A stretch of DNA of 62,036 nucleotides, counting the filler, from Choristocarpus tenellus KU-1152 (lineage: Eukaryota > Protista > Phaeophyceae): assembly GCA_964200185.2 (NCBI GenBank). It is 8 parts of 8 records of this genome, joined end to end, with 100 filler letters (N's around TTAATTAATTAA, not from the genome) between each part and the next. Parts side by side here need not be neighbours in the genome. Positions count along the whole stretch, not along the records: positions 1 to 12,246 come from CAXNAD020001912.1; positions 12,347 to 15,443 come from CAXNAD020022345.1; 6 more parts are not named here. One strand, given 5' to 3'. The stretch's first letter is position 1; each line of letters starts with the position of its first letter. The notes beneath the pieces were generated by a model. That model made no database searches and was not told where the DNA came from. It saw only the letters and a list, made by a program, of their open reading frames with translations. A program made the position numbers and the translations under genes. Positions 1 through 12,893 of the stretch are shown in pieces.

Positions 1-127
1 ACACGTATGTATGTAACATAGAACACGTATGTATGTAACATAGAACACGTATGTATGTAACATAGAACACGTATGTATGTAACATAGAACACGTATGTAT
101 GTAACATAGAACACGTATGTATGTAAC
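1..127. repeat. 22-bp tandem minisatellite (ACACGTATGTATGTAACATAGA) x~5.8 at contig start
   Basis: Identical 22-nt units read directly from position 1; the last unit is partial. Confidence 0.95.
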
Positions 128-747
128 CAATTGTGCATTAGCTGTCATCCACCACCACCACCCAAAAGGTGTTACAAATTCAAAAAAAAAAAAAACTGGG
201 CTAAATTCTACGGGATCGACGATCTCTGTTCAGGTTCTGTTTGTCGATGAATCAGAGGCATTCTTGTCTTAAGTTGTCGGATTAAGACTTGCTGCTGCTG
301 TTGGAGCGCAAAGCGGGATGGATTCGTACTCACTACATCTCAGGCACTTGGCACTTGATCACATTCGACAGTACCTTCCTTACACATGGCAGCCGATCAA
401 CAATGGTAGTAAGAATTTAAAAAAAAAGGGGTAGAGAGGGACTGTCTGTCTGCGAGACCAAAAAAGGTACACCATTAGCACAACTCCGTGTCACAGCGTA
501 AGATTATCCCCCTGTAGTGCCAAAATATAAAATGAGGGTGGCGAGGAGGGAGAAAGGAAATGTTTATCTTTTTTCTTTCTTTTTTTTTTCCACCCTGCCT
601 GTTTGGAGAACAACATAGGCTACACCTCTACTCCAGCAAGACCACGTCAACCGACTCAGCGACTCAGCCCTGATATATTGACACAAGAACAAAGATCAAG
701 ACTCAGCCATCATTACCCTGCTGCTACACACACACACACACACACAC

Positions 748-3700
748 CTGAAATACACCAAAACGTGTTGCCTGTGCAGTGGAGACCTTGAGCACTGTGG
801 GGAGCCATCCCTTGTAGATCCTGCAAAACAAAAAAACAAAAAAAAGGAAAGAGAGTGAGTAACAGATGACTTGCGTCACATGCAAGAACTACAAACCAGC
901 CCTTTGTCAAAAAAGGGTATACATATATATATAATGCATTGATCTGAGAAATAATAAAATATAAGTGTCCAGCGAGATAACTCAGTATAATAAAATATAA
1001 GGGTACTTCTCAACCGATCAAGTAAATAAGTATTTGAAAGGGGGGGAGATTGTTCATTGTGGGCAGATGCGTCATCATCTCCACCTTGACATCAGAAAAA
1101 AGAAAAGTATTTTGCCTCCAGTAATGCCAGGAACTGTCTTCAGGTACTCACATACTGTACCTCAACGTTTTTTTTCTCCCACCCTAACCCTAACCCTAAC
1201 CTTAACCTTAACCTTAACCCAAGGTTTTTTTATTTATTTGGGGGCGGGGGTTTCTTGCACACAAAAAAAAGCGACCACGACTGTACATAGATATATTCTT
1301 ATCTTTTTGTGATTCTAGAATGTGATACTGGTGAAGAAACCGCACTTTTCAAAAAAACGAGCTCATTTTCGAGTAGGTCTACTCCAGAAGTCTACTCCAA
1401 TCATACCATCCCGTAACGTTCAGACAAACAAAATGAACTGGAAATTGAATCTCAAAATTCACCACAATCTCTGGTCACCTCTCCAATACCACACCTCTCC
1501 AATACCACACCAAGCACACAGCGCGCTAACTGTAAAAAAAAAAGAAAAAAAGAATGGATACGGCTTTAGAACTCTAGACCGAGAAGGGCTTCGTAGATGC
1601 CAACCAATAAAAAGAAGAGAATTTTTCTCATTGAAGATGCGGATTTTGCTTCTTCAGCAGTACACTAAAATGAAGACATACAGCTGCAATGGATTGTACC
1701 CCCCCCCCCCCCCCCTCCCCTGACAAAAAAAAGCCAATGAGGAAGTACACACCCAGATAATCCTGTCTCTCTGACAATGGTCTTGACTCCATGGAAGAAA
1801 TTTTTGAATCGAGGGATCTCCCTGCTGAACTGGTCATCAATTAGCTTAATTTTAATTGTCTCTTGAGCAGTAGTGACAAAGGTTGCTTCCATTGCACCTG
1901 CTCCGAGACCTGCAATAAATCCTTTTCCCTGAGTGTGAAGGGTGGGGGGTGGAGGTTAGGGAGGTAGGAAGGAATAAGGATGAGGGAGGGGAGCAGTCTT
2001 TGGGATACTTCCCTTTTCTGTGATTGAACCTGTCCGAGCAGGCATCATGTGTGTCTACAGTATATATAATAAGTGCAGGACAATACCTATCTTGCAGAGA
2101 GTGGTTTGTGATGAACATGGCGTGAATACACATCAACTATATTTATTTATTTTATTAAACTTTACAACTTTACAACTTTGTTTTTTTTTTCAACTTTAAT
2201 ACAATGCCTGGAAAAGGTTATAATTGTAATTCTATCGAAGTCGAAGGATCACGGGGAGTTGGGTGTTTTATGGTTGATAATCATGGCACGAGGATCACAG
2301 CACATGGGTCTCAGGAGCTACGAAAGAGTTCAACTCTCTTCTATTTGCTAACACATTCCAATTTGAAAAAGGGATATTGCCAAAAAGACAGACAGGGTGT
2401 GTATGGCTGTGATGGGGTACATTGCCACCAATAAAACTATTGAGGAGGTTGAAGTGCTTCAGTATTCAAGGGGTAAAGAGATTGTAAAAAAAGCAACCCT
2501 TTTCTTTTCCTTCACACTGATCATTTTTGTTACTGGGTCATCTCCTCTGTCTTCCATTCCATCGAACGGAATATATATAGTGCGTTATTTTTGTTGGAAG
2601 ATACTACTCAGCATGTCCTCTCACAACCTTTTCCATCCAACACACACACACTAAGGGATTGGTTACCTTTCATCCCAAAACTAAATAGCATAGTTTGAGT
2701 GGAAAATTTAGATACGCGAGACGAGAGCTTAGGGTGCCTATCCAACCTGACCGATCAAGCAACAACAGGGTGGGGAAGCAACAAGCTTGCAGTTCCTAAA
2801 CAAATGAAAAGGGATAGAAGCAGACAAATGCAACCCCTGCCCCACCATCGATGCGAGGGATTGATTCCCTGTTACTCTTCACCTTTCCCAGACCGTACTT
2901 GTCCCCACCATCTGGTGTGGACAGCAACGAGGAGCATGCCTCGAACGATCCAAACCGAATGGCGGCCTTTGGTGCAGCGAAGTAGACCATGGAAGACAAA
3001 CCACGATAGAATCCACTGACGCCACTGCTTTTCAAGGTATTGCTGGCGACAAGTTTGTAAGTGGCCATGGGATCCTGGCGAGTGGTACATGCATCGAAGA
3101 AGACCAGGCGGTGGGGTTGGGAGGGAGGGGTCGATATGAAGAGAGAGTTGTCAACGCAGGTAAACCATGCACACCTGAGCGCCAGTGACAATCAGTGAAT
3201 ACACACTAGCCTTAGATTGTAAAAATATAGGATGGACTACGTAGCGCACAATCAAATCGGTGCTTGATGGGAAGAGCGCAACCAGTGGACTTTACTGTCC
3301 AAAGTACCTTCTTGTTACTAATGAATTGTCGAGAAAGGTGCACCACCAACGCCACCATGAAATCATGGGATTAACATGGAATTACATGTAGTCAACTTCA
3401 AGGATGATTGGGAAAGTACCTCAAATATGAAAAACTATGTTGAGCGTTAGGGAATGACAAGTCGGCACAGATCTTTGAGTGCAGTGTGGTCCAAAACACA
3501 GTACTAAGAAGAAATATCTAGCGGAATATGGACACAAGCTTCCCCAAGGTCGGCCTAGTCATCGAATATGCCAATTAAACTATGGGAAATCAGAAAAGAT
3601 GCAGTTTGCACGACCTACTTTGCTGAGCTGCTTGGTGGTCTTGACGTATTCCAAAGGGTAGGTAATACAAATTTCCACCACTCCTGAAATGCCTCCAGCC

Positions 3701-3750
3701 AACAAGGCCTTGCCCTTGTGCTTGGGCTTGAGGTGTGCAGGGGGACCCAT
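748..3750 (-). CDS. SLC25A1: Mitochondrial tricarboxylate (citrate) carrier, SLC25A1/CTP1-like; first 4 exons, 3' part not found on this contig
   Basis: Phase-compatible GT-AG exons: 3750-3619 ([44 protein letters not shown]), 3074-2883 (DPMATYK...[25 protein letters not shown]...), 1928-1753 ([59 protein letters not shown]), 820-748 ([24 protein letters not shown]). Carrier signature PxExxK and citrate-carrier-like PKAAIRF and ETIKxKxIxD motifs. Confidence 0.9.
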
Positions 3751-4108
3751 ACTACTTTGCTTTGCAACTTCTTAGATGGAAAGTATGGGGGTGTGACTTT
3801 CGAACTGTGGAGATTGAAAACAAAGTTACAAACCTAAGCAACGGGATTCAGTGAGGTGAGTGCAAGTCAACGAAACACATGTGTGAAATAAAAAATTGAT
3901 AAAAAAACGTCCCGCCAAAAACGTTTCATTTTATTGGTACTTTTTGTGTGTCCACGACAGTACACAAGCGTATGACCTCACAATTACAGATGACGATTTC
4001 ATCCGTAGCATATTATCAAGAATTTCATGCTCTCGTGCTTCTGCGGGTACTAATTTGGACACAAAGCGAGCTGGGCGTGGTTAAGACGCTGAGGTGGAAG
4101 AGGCAGAT

Positions 4109-7100
4109 ATGATGAGGCTTCAGGGGTCAGATGTCGATGTCCTCGAGACAAAATACAAGAAAAAGGAGATGAAGAAACCGCAGGACAAGAGAGCACCCCG
4201 GCAAACTTCTAGGTGAGTTGGTCTTCCGGGAACACGCAGCGCGCAGATTGATCTTATTTACCTCTGCCATCGCTAGTCTGTCTCCCTACCTTATGTCTGC
4301 CTGCATTATTCTCTCCGATTAGTGAGTATCCCAAGATCTTCCTCGTCGACAAGAACAAGTGGCTGGACACGTTGCAGCCCTACTCTTTGCCTCAAAATAT
4401 GACTTGGTTTATCATGGTGAGATTTATCGGCGATTAGCACAGCTATCATCTGCTACATGATAGGCCTCTGCCGAGATGGTGACATACATTTCCCTCAGGA
4501 CTAGACCTCGAAAGATGTGCGGTTGTAGCGCACTGTGACGATGTCTACTTGTCCCAGGAAACTATCTCCCCGACCCACAACATCATGATCCAGAAATGAG
4601 CCATTGCATAGCCCTAAATGAAAATCATTTGAGCTCTCTAGTATATAGCCTAGAGTCTTAACTTCCCCTCTGTTCGCGAAGGAATTTGTTTTCGTTGTAG
4701 AAAAAGGAGTGGAAGACATGGATGTCGATGTTGCAGCCCTACTCTTCAGCGGTAAGGGAAAGTACTTGGAGGCGGTGGGATTTGGACGCCCAATGTCCTC
4801 GGATCACTCTGTGATCCATGGTGGCGACTCCTTCCAGACAGAAACGCGAAAGGTGGTGGAGGAGATCGAGTTTGACTTCAGCCTCATGCACAAGAGGGTA
4901 TGCATAACCTAATGAGAGGGCTTGATGCTTTAAATTACGGCTACAGCCCAAGGAAGCGGGAAGAAAAGTAGTTGCACGTTGTCTATTACGTTCAATCGAC
5001 TGAATTTTGATATCCCTAGAGATGCAAGTTTTGATGTGATCTTGGTCGATACTTTGATAGGCTCAGTGTGTGGGAAAGCTTCAACTGCCTTAACCTTCTT
5101 GGAATTCCAAATCAAGTCAAATCAGATTGTGAGCTGTTTTAGGCATGTGTGAAACGAGCTGGCCTGGATTTGGTCTATTGACACCTGACCTCAGGGGAAA
5201 TGCCACATTAAATATCGTGAACTTCTTCAATGCCTACTCATTTCGGGGGAGCTTTGCGGGAGCAGAGAAGCACTATTTTACAAGGGGGTGATAAGATATG
5301 CAGGACGGAAAATCCATTACTTTGAAGTACAAACTGGTGTAAAAGATATGGTCGTGTATCTAGCAACCCAATTGCCCTATTTCATGACAAACAAACAAAA
5401 AGTCAATCATTTGGTCCGCACCCAATCATTCATCCCATACAGATATACTCTGTTTGTCTGGTGGCAAAGTGCTGTGGGAATCATACATTTACCCAACTCC
5501 AAAGCTTACAGGTGCGAATTATGCAAAAGACTCGATTGAGCCTCACTCGTGGAGACAAGGAAGTAACCAGGATCATCTACAGCCAGGTGTGTGTGATAAC
5601 TGTGCTTCCTTTCATGTTGTGGGCATTTCCTTGCGTGGTGATACTTGAGCTCAGGGAAACAAGACAAAACTGCAATTGGAAAATCAATTTCAACACACCT
5701 TACTGCTACAACGCTCTGGGCATATTTTTGGTGCTTGGTCAAGTAGATTGTGTTTTATTCAATAGACCGAAAGGATTTAAGAGGGTGGGAGTTCTGTCCT
5801 GTTTGTCCGTTCAGTGCTTGGCTTCCCACAGGTTTTTTATGCCCTTTTTCAGTTTTCTGTGTGAACACAGTTACCTAAACCTCCAGATACTTTGGCTATC
5901 TACAAGAGTAGATACATAATGTGGAGTATTTTAATTCGACTATGAAACAATTTGAGGAGAAGAAAGGTCTCTAGCTTGCAACACGGGTGATTAACATCAA
6001 GATTATTGATGGGTACACTACTAGAGTTATAGGGGACTTGATGCGAAATGTTATGTATATGACAATATAAATGTAGATCCCACTGATCCAGTAGGTAAAC
6101 TTCATTCATCCTGCAGCCTTTTCACATCCACTCAATAAATTATATGTACGTATACACATTGACCTATATTATGGCTGGGTTCAGCTTGTTCTGTTCTACT
6201 CTGAAGTAAAGTACTGCCTCCCATGTGTTACAAAAACGTTAATGCCCCTTCAAAAAAAGTGGTTGCCTAGGAGTCACAAACAAATAGGCACTACTCGTAG
6301 TATCATGTAAGGAGGGTGCTTTGGAAAGGAAGAAGGCACCTCAGAACCTGCCATATCACTCAGGGTGGTAGATCTCACGGATGGTATTTGGTCAATATTG
6401 ACACCCTGCCTCAGCACTATTGAGCCACCTACCCACCTACAACAGCAACGATGCGGAACTTACCGTATGTGCCAAACTCCTTGATCTAATCGTGCCAACC
6501 TTACCTTGTTTTATGAAAAACTCCAAAAAAAAATTGCACTCCAGAGAAAGAGTTAAAAAGAGATTGAGATACATGAAATATTACTGCGAATTAATAGTAT
6601 TCTGTTCCTAGCACATCAATAAAGCAATGTACCTGTTGTGTTAAGGCTGATGGACGTGTGCACTATCACTAAAACGTGTGCATTATCACTAAAACGTGTG
6701 CACTATCACTAAAACCCACCCAACCCCCTCGGGCAACAGCCTGGCAGTTGTCTGTCAAAGACTATCATTTCCTTCTGTTTCCCTCCCACAGGAGATATAA
6801 CAGCTTGCTGGAAATATGAAGTTAGACACACTGTGTATGATATGGAGAAGAGGGTAAGATTCACATGAGGGGTACCAAAAAGGCACACAGATCCTTAATA
6901 CATTCCAGATTGATTCTTGTCACTGGACGAAAACGCCTCCTTGACTACTTGCTTTCAACCCTTGTGACACTCTAACTCTCTCGCTCTCTCTACTCTTCTA
7001 CTCTCTCCACTCCTCTGAAGGCCCTCAACAGTATGGACAGAGGTAGCAGACTCCCCACAACTCCTATCCATACCTTTGGCAAGCCAAAATTAATTTCCTT

Positions 7101-7122
7101 CCCATCAGTAGTGCCTGTACCA

Positions 7123-7154
<32 letters not shown>

Positions 7155-8859
7155 CGAAAGTATCTTAGAGGGTAGAGACGCCTCCATTTGGCGGCATAAA
7201 TCGGCTGTTGTGGTCACTTTACCTACTCCTAAACATTTTGGAGTAGGAAAATGTCATAAAAGAACCCATGGGAAGCCAAGCCCATAATGGACAAACAGTG
7301 CAAAACTTGTACCCTAACCCTAAGATACTTTCACTCTATATCGTCACCCCTAACATGATATAGACAGTGAATTTGACTACTGTATCAACCCAAACACAGA
7401 AAGCTCTGCTCGTATCTTCAAATGGGGGGAAAAGTGAGGCGTCTCATCAAAACACTGTGGTCCTTGGAGACCTACGTCGCATTGTTACCGGAGGCGGGCG
7501 CATTTGTGCAGGGGATTCGTGGAACCTTCATGCTCAAGTGGTGGCTGGGCAGATTGCTGACTTGAAGGAGGTGAGCTGGAGCAGCATGGCCATTTATTGT
7601 TCGTTTCGCTGGTATTGTGTGTGCTAGCCCTAATCCAAACTAAGGGCAATTTTGTTAGTACTCATACAGAAATGTTCTTGGTGGGATTCTCCTAATAGCT
7701 CAAACTGCAAGGTTGCATCACCATGTGATGGTTCAATGCCGCCCAACAAACATCGAGATATCGTTGCTCCACCAGGGCAGATAGATACGCAACTACCTGC
7801 CACGGTAGAACATAGGTTGGGTCACCCAGGGGGGAGAAGGGGTGAGCACCGGATGAGCCTCCCTAAAATATTTTTGTCATCACCCCCCTTCAAGAAGAGG
7901 TTGTGGATGTTGAGGGGGACCTCCAGTAGTTTTAGAGCTTCAAAGATTATTTGACAATGCTTCTGTGCCGACCAAAAGACCCAGACAAAATATACTTGGG
8001 CAAGAAACGGGAGAAAGAGGCAGGTGCTGCTCAAAGTCTACCTCAGAGATGTATTGTGTGTATGCAGTATGTTGGTATATGTCCACCCATATTGTCACAG
8101 GTTGTGGAAGAAGGGATATCAAAAGGCCAGGTATGAAATAGTACAAGTCATTGTCCGTGGTTGGGCTGAACTTGTAGGTTGGTACAAGTTAATCCCTTAA
8201 CTCTTTGGAGGCATGAGGAGTATAAAGAAGATGAAAAAGTGATGAGACGTACAGATCCAATGGCAAATGAACAAGCACTATTCTCCACCTCCTTTTATTA
8301 AATTGCAGGCTGCTTCTTTGGCTCAAAGTTATCTCCAGGAGTGGATTCCCTCCTTAGTGACTCAGGGGCAGGAGTATCTTGCACGGTGGGTGGAAAATGT
8401 AGCGTTTACAGAAGTTGAAGTAGACATGTGTGCTCCCAATCCATTATGTTGTCTAGGGCCAGCCCATGCTGCATGTACTACATCATCGTCCGTGTTTCCA
8501 GCGCGTAACACCCCCTCCTTGTGGATTTGATTGCCCCTTCTGTCACCTAACATGGGACTTACACTTTTGAAGGCGTGTATATGACATTGTGAGTTTGCTC
8601 TCCCTCAAGGACTTCAGTGTGCTGAGAGCTGGATGGGCTCCAGAAGGAGAAGAGGGTACTACCAGGGACAAGTTTCTTTTCTCTATGATCAAGGTGGGAG
8701 GTTAGGGTTAGGGTTAGTTGGTGTGGTAATGTGGTACATGTTGCTGCTTAAGATTAATTGGTCCAAGGTTGATGTGAGTAACAACTTGGTGTGAATAACA
8801 ATTTGCAGTATCTAATTTGCAGTATCTCAATGCTATGATTTGTTTGCGTATTTAGTTTG

Positions 8860-8893
<34 letters not shown>

Positions 8894-10433
8894 GAGTAAT
8901 GCTGTTAATGGTCTGCGAGCCTTGAACCTGATCAGAAATTTTCTGAGCGCTATTTCAAACTGATGTGTTGTTTGCATACCATTATCAATGTTCTCAGCAC
9001 TCTCCTACAGTCGGACCTAGAGCTCCTACCTGCAATAAACAGCACAACACTTCCCTCACAGCAACTACATCCTTGACTCAAGTGTATAGTTCTAGAATCA
9101 AAGCAAAGACACCAGTACCTCGCTCATATTACTTTTGGGTCTTGATGCCTTTCCCCCAACTCTGCTTTGAGCTGTTCCCACAAACACACATACACACACC
9201 TGAAAGTGTATTCTGTAGTGCTTTGCCATGGGCTGTAAATGTGGTGAGACACTACAGCATATGGTGTGTACCTATACTAAGTCACACAAGGATGCAGTAA
9301 GTGCATATACACCCATCCAAGGAATGCTTCAACAGTAGGACTGATCTCAATCTGTGCAGAGCAGAGAACTCCCGCTCCCTGTCTGGCGTCATAATCGGTG
9401 CCTACTGCATATCACTTAGCAACTTTGTACTGTTCTCCGGCTTTTCCATCACTGAAAGACAAACAGTAGGTAACTGCAGCTACAAGGCTGTGCTCGTTTG
9501 GCTATTCAAATTCTTACTGAGTAGAACAGTGTGACAACAAGTAATAGTGTGTTGCAGCACTCACATTAGACATGTCCTCACTGGCACTTGGAGATCTTGG
9601 CTCAGGAACATGCCATCTCAATACCCCTACGAGAATTTGGAAGCTATTTCGCTCCTCTGAATAGCAAATGGGTTGTAAACGACAACAGAGTCAAATTATC
9701 TTAGAGGGTAGAATCGCGTCCATTTGGGGGCCAAAATCCAATGTTGTATTTTTGGTGTAATTTTGGCTATCATGTTTGTTAGGAAGTGTCAATATCCTTG
9801 TTCCGGACACACATTTTCATGACGTATTCATTATTCCTACTCTGAAACATTTCTTAGTAGGTAAAATGTCACAAAAACCCGTGGGAAGCCAAACCCCAAA
9901 CAGACAGGCGAAACTCGTACCCTCTCTTAATAAGATACTTTCACTCAACAACCATGTGGTACTGGACGTTCCATTATCACCAGGATGGGGTGGAGGAAAT
10001 AATCCTGCTTTGGACCATTAGAGCTCTATACAGTAGCACTTACGTTTTTAGGAAGACATATCATTGTCAATGCAAGGGTATCAAGTTTCAAGCATCATCA
10101 GACTCCTGTGTTACTACAAACACCTAAGCAGGTTGACAACTCCAAATACCCATCTCATTTTTTTAAATGAGGAACTGAGAAAGGATCAGAAGTTTTCCTT
10201 AATTGCAGCAGAGGTGGCGAAATTAATTGTTTGAAGTTGATCGCATCTGCACTGTCTCCTTTGATCCTTTGACAGGAAAGTAATTGTCTCCAACCACTGT
10301 GTCACTATCTTGTGGACTCTTCAAGAACTCTGATGTATAGTCTGCGTGAATCAAGCAGCAGCCATCTTTTTTTTACTAAGCATACACAAATGGGACAAAA
10401 GCTAATGTGTTGGGATTCTGTCGACAGGATATA

Positions 10434-10472
<39 letters not shown>

Positions 10473-11409
10473 TTATTTTTTTCTCAGCATCCCTAACCCT
10501 AACCCTAAACTTGTGGGCATGATACAAGAGCGACATACACGTTCTGAGGGTTGGGGTTAGGCTAGATATACTCTCAACATTGTGATACTTTCATCAAACA
10601 CTTTGCATTCTGGGGTGTGAATAGTTGCTCGAAGTTCGTACATGATAATTATGCACAAGATATTTTTTGAAGTGCATATCAATTTTCTCATAACTAGAGC
10701 TGTTGATTGAATCACTTCTAACTTGCATTACTTCAATATTTCTGTGGATACACAGCTACCTCAGCAGTCCTCAAACCTGAATAATGCAACTCTTCTGCCA
10801 TGATCTCAATCTCTACTTCCTATCCTACATACCCTCTTCATTCTGAGATAACAAGATCACCCAAGATCGAAAAACTATTCTTTTTTCAAGAGTATTCCAC
10901 CCTCTCTTGACCTTATGGCACTCTGGTCCTCCCATACCACAAATGACCACAAATCACCATAAATCAATTATTTCGCAATAAAACCATCCATACATGGTCT
11001 TTATTGTTTATTCTTCACTCCATCCATACATGATCAACATTAAGCTCTATTACCTGCCAATATCATCACCTAACCTGTGGCACTGAAAAGTGATATCAGA
11101 TTGACGCGTAATAATAATAGATAACTATTACATTGAGTCAATGGAGTGTCTTGCCTCTGCAATCTCCCCTCTTGAGCTCCATGGTGATACTCTGCTTTAT
11201 TTTCCCACGACTCGAAGGTCTTATGCAGACGCCATCCAATCTTGAGGGAGGATGAGCAGCGCATCCAGCTAACAAGCCTCCTATCCGATTTGTGGGATGA
11301 GCTGAAGGATATAGCTGGCCCAGTGGAAGGCAAAGGACAAGAAAAGCTTGGTTGGGAAGAATTTTCTACGTTCTGGGTGGAGGCAGGCATGCTCAATACC
11401 CACAATGAG
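4109..11409 (+). CDS. Multi-exon gene: TerD-like domain followed by an EF-hand-like region; 3' end runs off the contig
   Basis: Exons 4701-4897 (DMDVDVAALLFSGKGKYLEAVGFGRPMSSDHSVIHGGDSFQTETRKVVEEIEFDFSLMHKR, like TerD DxDxSxxL..G..V.FG..S.D.SV.H.GD..E.I..DL), 5443-5586 (IYSVCLVAKCCGNHTFTQLQSLQVRIMQK), probable ~6311-6383 and ~6792-6853, 7400-7570 (QNTVVLGDLRR...WNLHAQVVAGQ), 8309-8419, 8610-8693, 11218-11409 (LSDLWDELKDIAGPVEGKGQEKLGWEEFSTFWVEAG). The 5' exons 4109-4212 and 4323-4416 are likely, but their join to 4701 is unresolved. Confidence 0.7.
5766..5897 (-). mobile_element. Degenerate, internally deleted copy of MITE family 1
   Basis: Shares CTGTTTGTCCGTT..CTTGGCTTCCCAC and AGATACTTTGGCT with the intact copies. 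Confidence 0.6.
6654..6715. repeat. 20-bp tandem repeat (ACGTGTGCACTATCACTAAA) x3
   Basis: Read directly; one substitution in unit 2. Confidence 0.9.
7152..7336 (+). mobile_element. MITE family 1 (Sola2-like), internally deleted copy
   Basis: TIR GAGCGAAAGTATCTTAGAGGGTA ... TACCCTAACCCTAAGATACTTTCACTC; followed by TATA, with a (TA)n(GA)n tract on the left. Confidence 0.85.
9688..9946 (+). mobile_element. MITE family 1 (Sola2-like), full length
   Basis: GAG...CTC termini, ~23-bp TIRs, perfect 4-bp target duplication AACA (9684-9687 and 9947-9950). Confidence 0.9.
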
Positions 11410-11424
11410 GTGAAGGTTCTGTGT

Positions 11425-11682
11425 GAGTGAAAGTATCTTAGAGGGTACGAGTTTTTCTCTGTTTGTCCATTTGGGGCTTGGCTTCCCACGGGTTTTTAAT
11501 GACATTTCACCTACTCCAGAACATATTGGAAAGGTAAAATGTGTACGTTATGAAAAGGTGTGTCCGGAACAAGGATATTGACACTTCCTAGCAAACACAA
11601 TAGCCAAAATTACATCAAAATGGCAACATTGGATTTTGGCCCCCAAATGGACGTGGCTCTACCCTCTAAGATACTTTGGCTC
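11425..11682 (-). mobile_element. MITE family 1, full length, inverted; inserted 15 nt after a splice donor of the TerD gene
   Basis: Reverse complement of the 9688 and 61746 copies; TIR AAAGTATCTTAGAGGGTA at both ends. Confidence 0.9.
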
Positions 11683-12193
11683 TGTACTTAGATATACATA
11701 CACATAAATTACATTCATTGTCTCGTATACTATTCAGAATTTAGGATATTTACTCTATCAACCTTTGTTTTATTATTATATTGTTCAAAGTATCTTTCTA
11801 GTTTTAAGTGTTTCATAACAGGACAAGCGGGTTAGGGTTAGGGTTAGGGTGTTGGAGACACGGCGTACTGAAGAGAATGCAATCACTCAATACCACATGT
11901 GGAGTGTTCTAGTGGTCTAAGGTTACCTCAATTATATCCTGTTCTCTGCTTTTGTTTCATGTATCCCAACCACAACCCTAAAATCAATCTTTGAAGTAGT
12001 ACAGACTACAGGAACTCAAAGCAATAGGATCACAGGGCAAACATTGGTTTGTCAACAAGCAATGTGTGGATTGGCATCACAGACCCATTCAAGAGCCAAA
12101 GTCAGAGCCAAAGTAAACACGAGGTAGGCTGAGATGTGCTTTAGTAATGCTGACAAGTACGCCCATTACTTGGCATTCTTATAAAGGCGCAGT

Positions 12194-12246
12194 GAGCCAA
12201 AGTATCTTAGAGGGTAGAGCCGCGTCCATTTGGGGGACCAAAAGCC
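12194..12246 (+). mobile_element. MITE family 1, 5' end truncated by contig end
   Basis: GAGCCAAAGTATCTTAGAGGGTAGAGCCGCGTCCATTTGGGG matches the other copies. Confidence 0.85.
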
Positions 12247-12346
12247 NNNNNNNNNNNNNNNNNNNNNNNNNNNNNNNNNNNNNNNNNNNNTTAATTAATT
12301 AANNNNNNNNNNNNNNNNNNNNNNNNNNNNNNNNNNNNNNNNNNNN
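12247..12346. other. Artificial contig linker N44-TTAATTAATTAA-N44 (also 15444-15543, 26164-26263, 45985-46084, 48983-49082, 51991-52090, 58522-58621)
   Basis: Seven identical 100-nt spacers containing a six-frame stop palindrome. Confidence 0.98.
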
Positions 12347-12893
12347 GCACCCCCCCTCATTGGTGGGGAGGGGGGGGGAGGGGGGGGGGGGGAGGGGGGG
12401 GGGGGGGGGGGGGTGAAGGAGGGTGGCAAGGCACAGGCAAGTTTGTTCAAGGGGGTCCAAATATGAACAACAAAGTGTTTCAATAATGAGAGTGAATACA
12501 TACCCATCTGTACAAGGGATGTCAAGTGTGCCTAGAATTTCATTTCAAACATATTCATGAGTAATGAACCAGACTGTTTCGCGTCTCTAGTGGAGAGCTA
12601 ACACTCCATGCATTCCAGACAGCACAAGCGCTACAAATATACCCAGCGAGAGCACAAACGGATACCCACCCCCCAACTTCAGATCACGATATACAAGGTG
12701 CATACCACATCTACTAGTGGTGGCTGGAAGTATACTAAGCAACCAGAAGGTCCTATTGCAACTCAGTTCTGGAGGTTACGAAGAGGCAAAGATCAAGACA
12801 GTTCTTTAAGACTTCCAAACAATTAAAGTGCCATCATGGTAACATGATCTTGTCACCACTAGTTAGAGTACCTCAAGGGAGGAAAAAACCAAC

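Noticed and set aside
1-127. Possible CRISPR-like array
   Set aside because: Head-to-tail identical units with no spacers.
12247-12346. TTAATTAATTAA palindromes recurring seven times
   Set aside because: Always centred in a 100-nt N spacer; an artificial concatenation linker.
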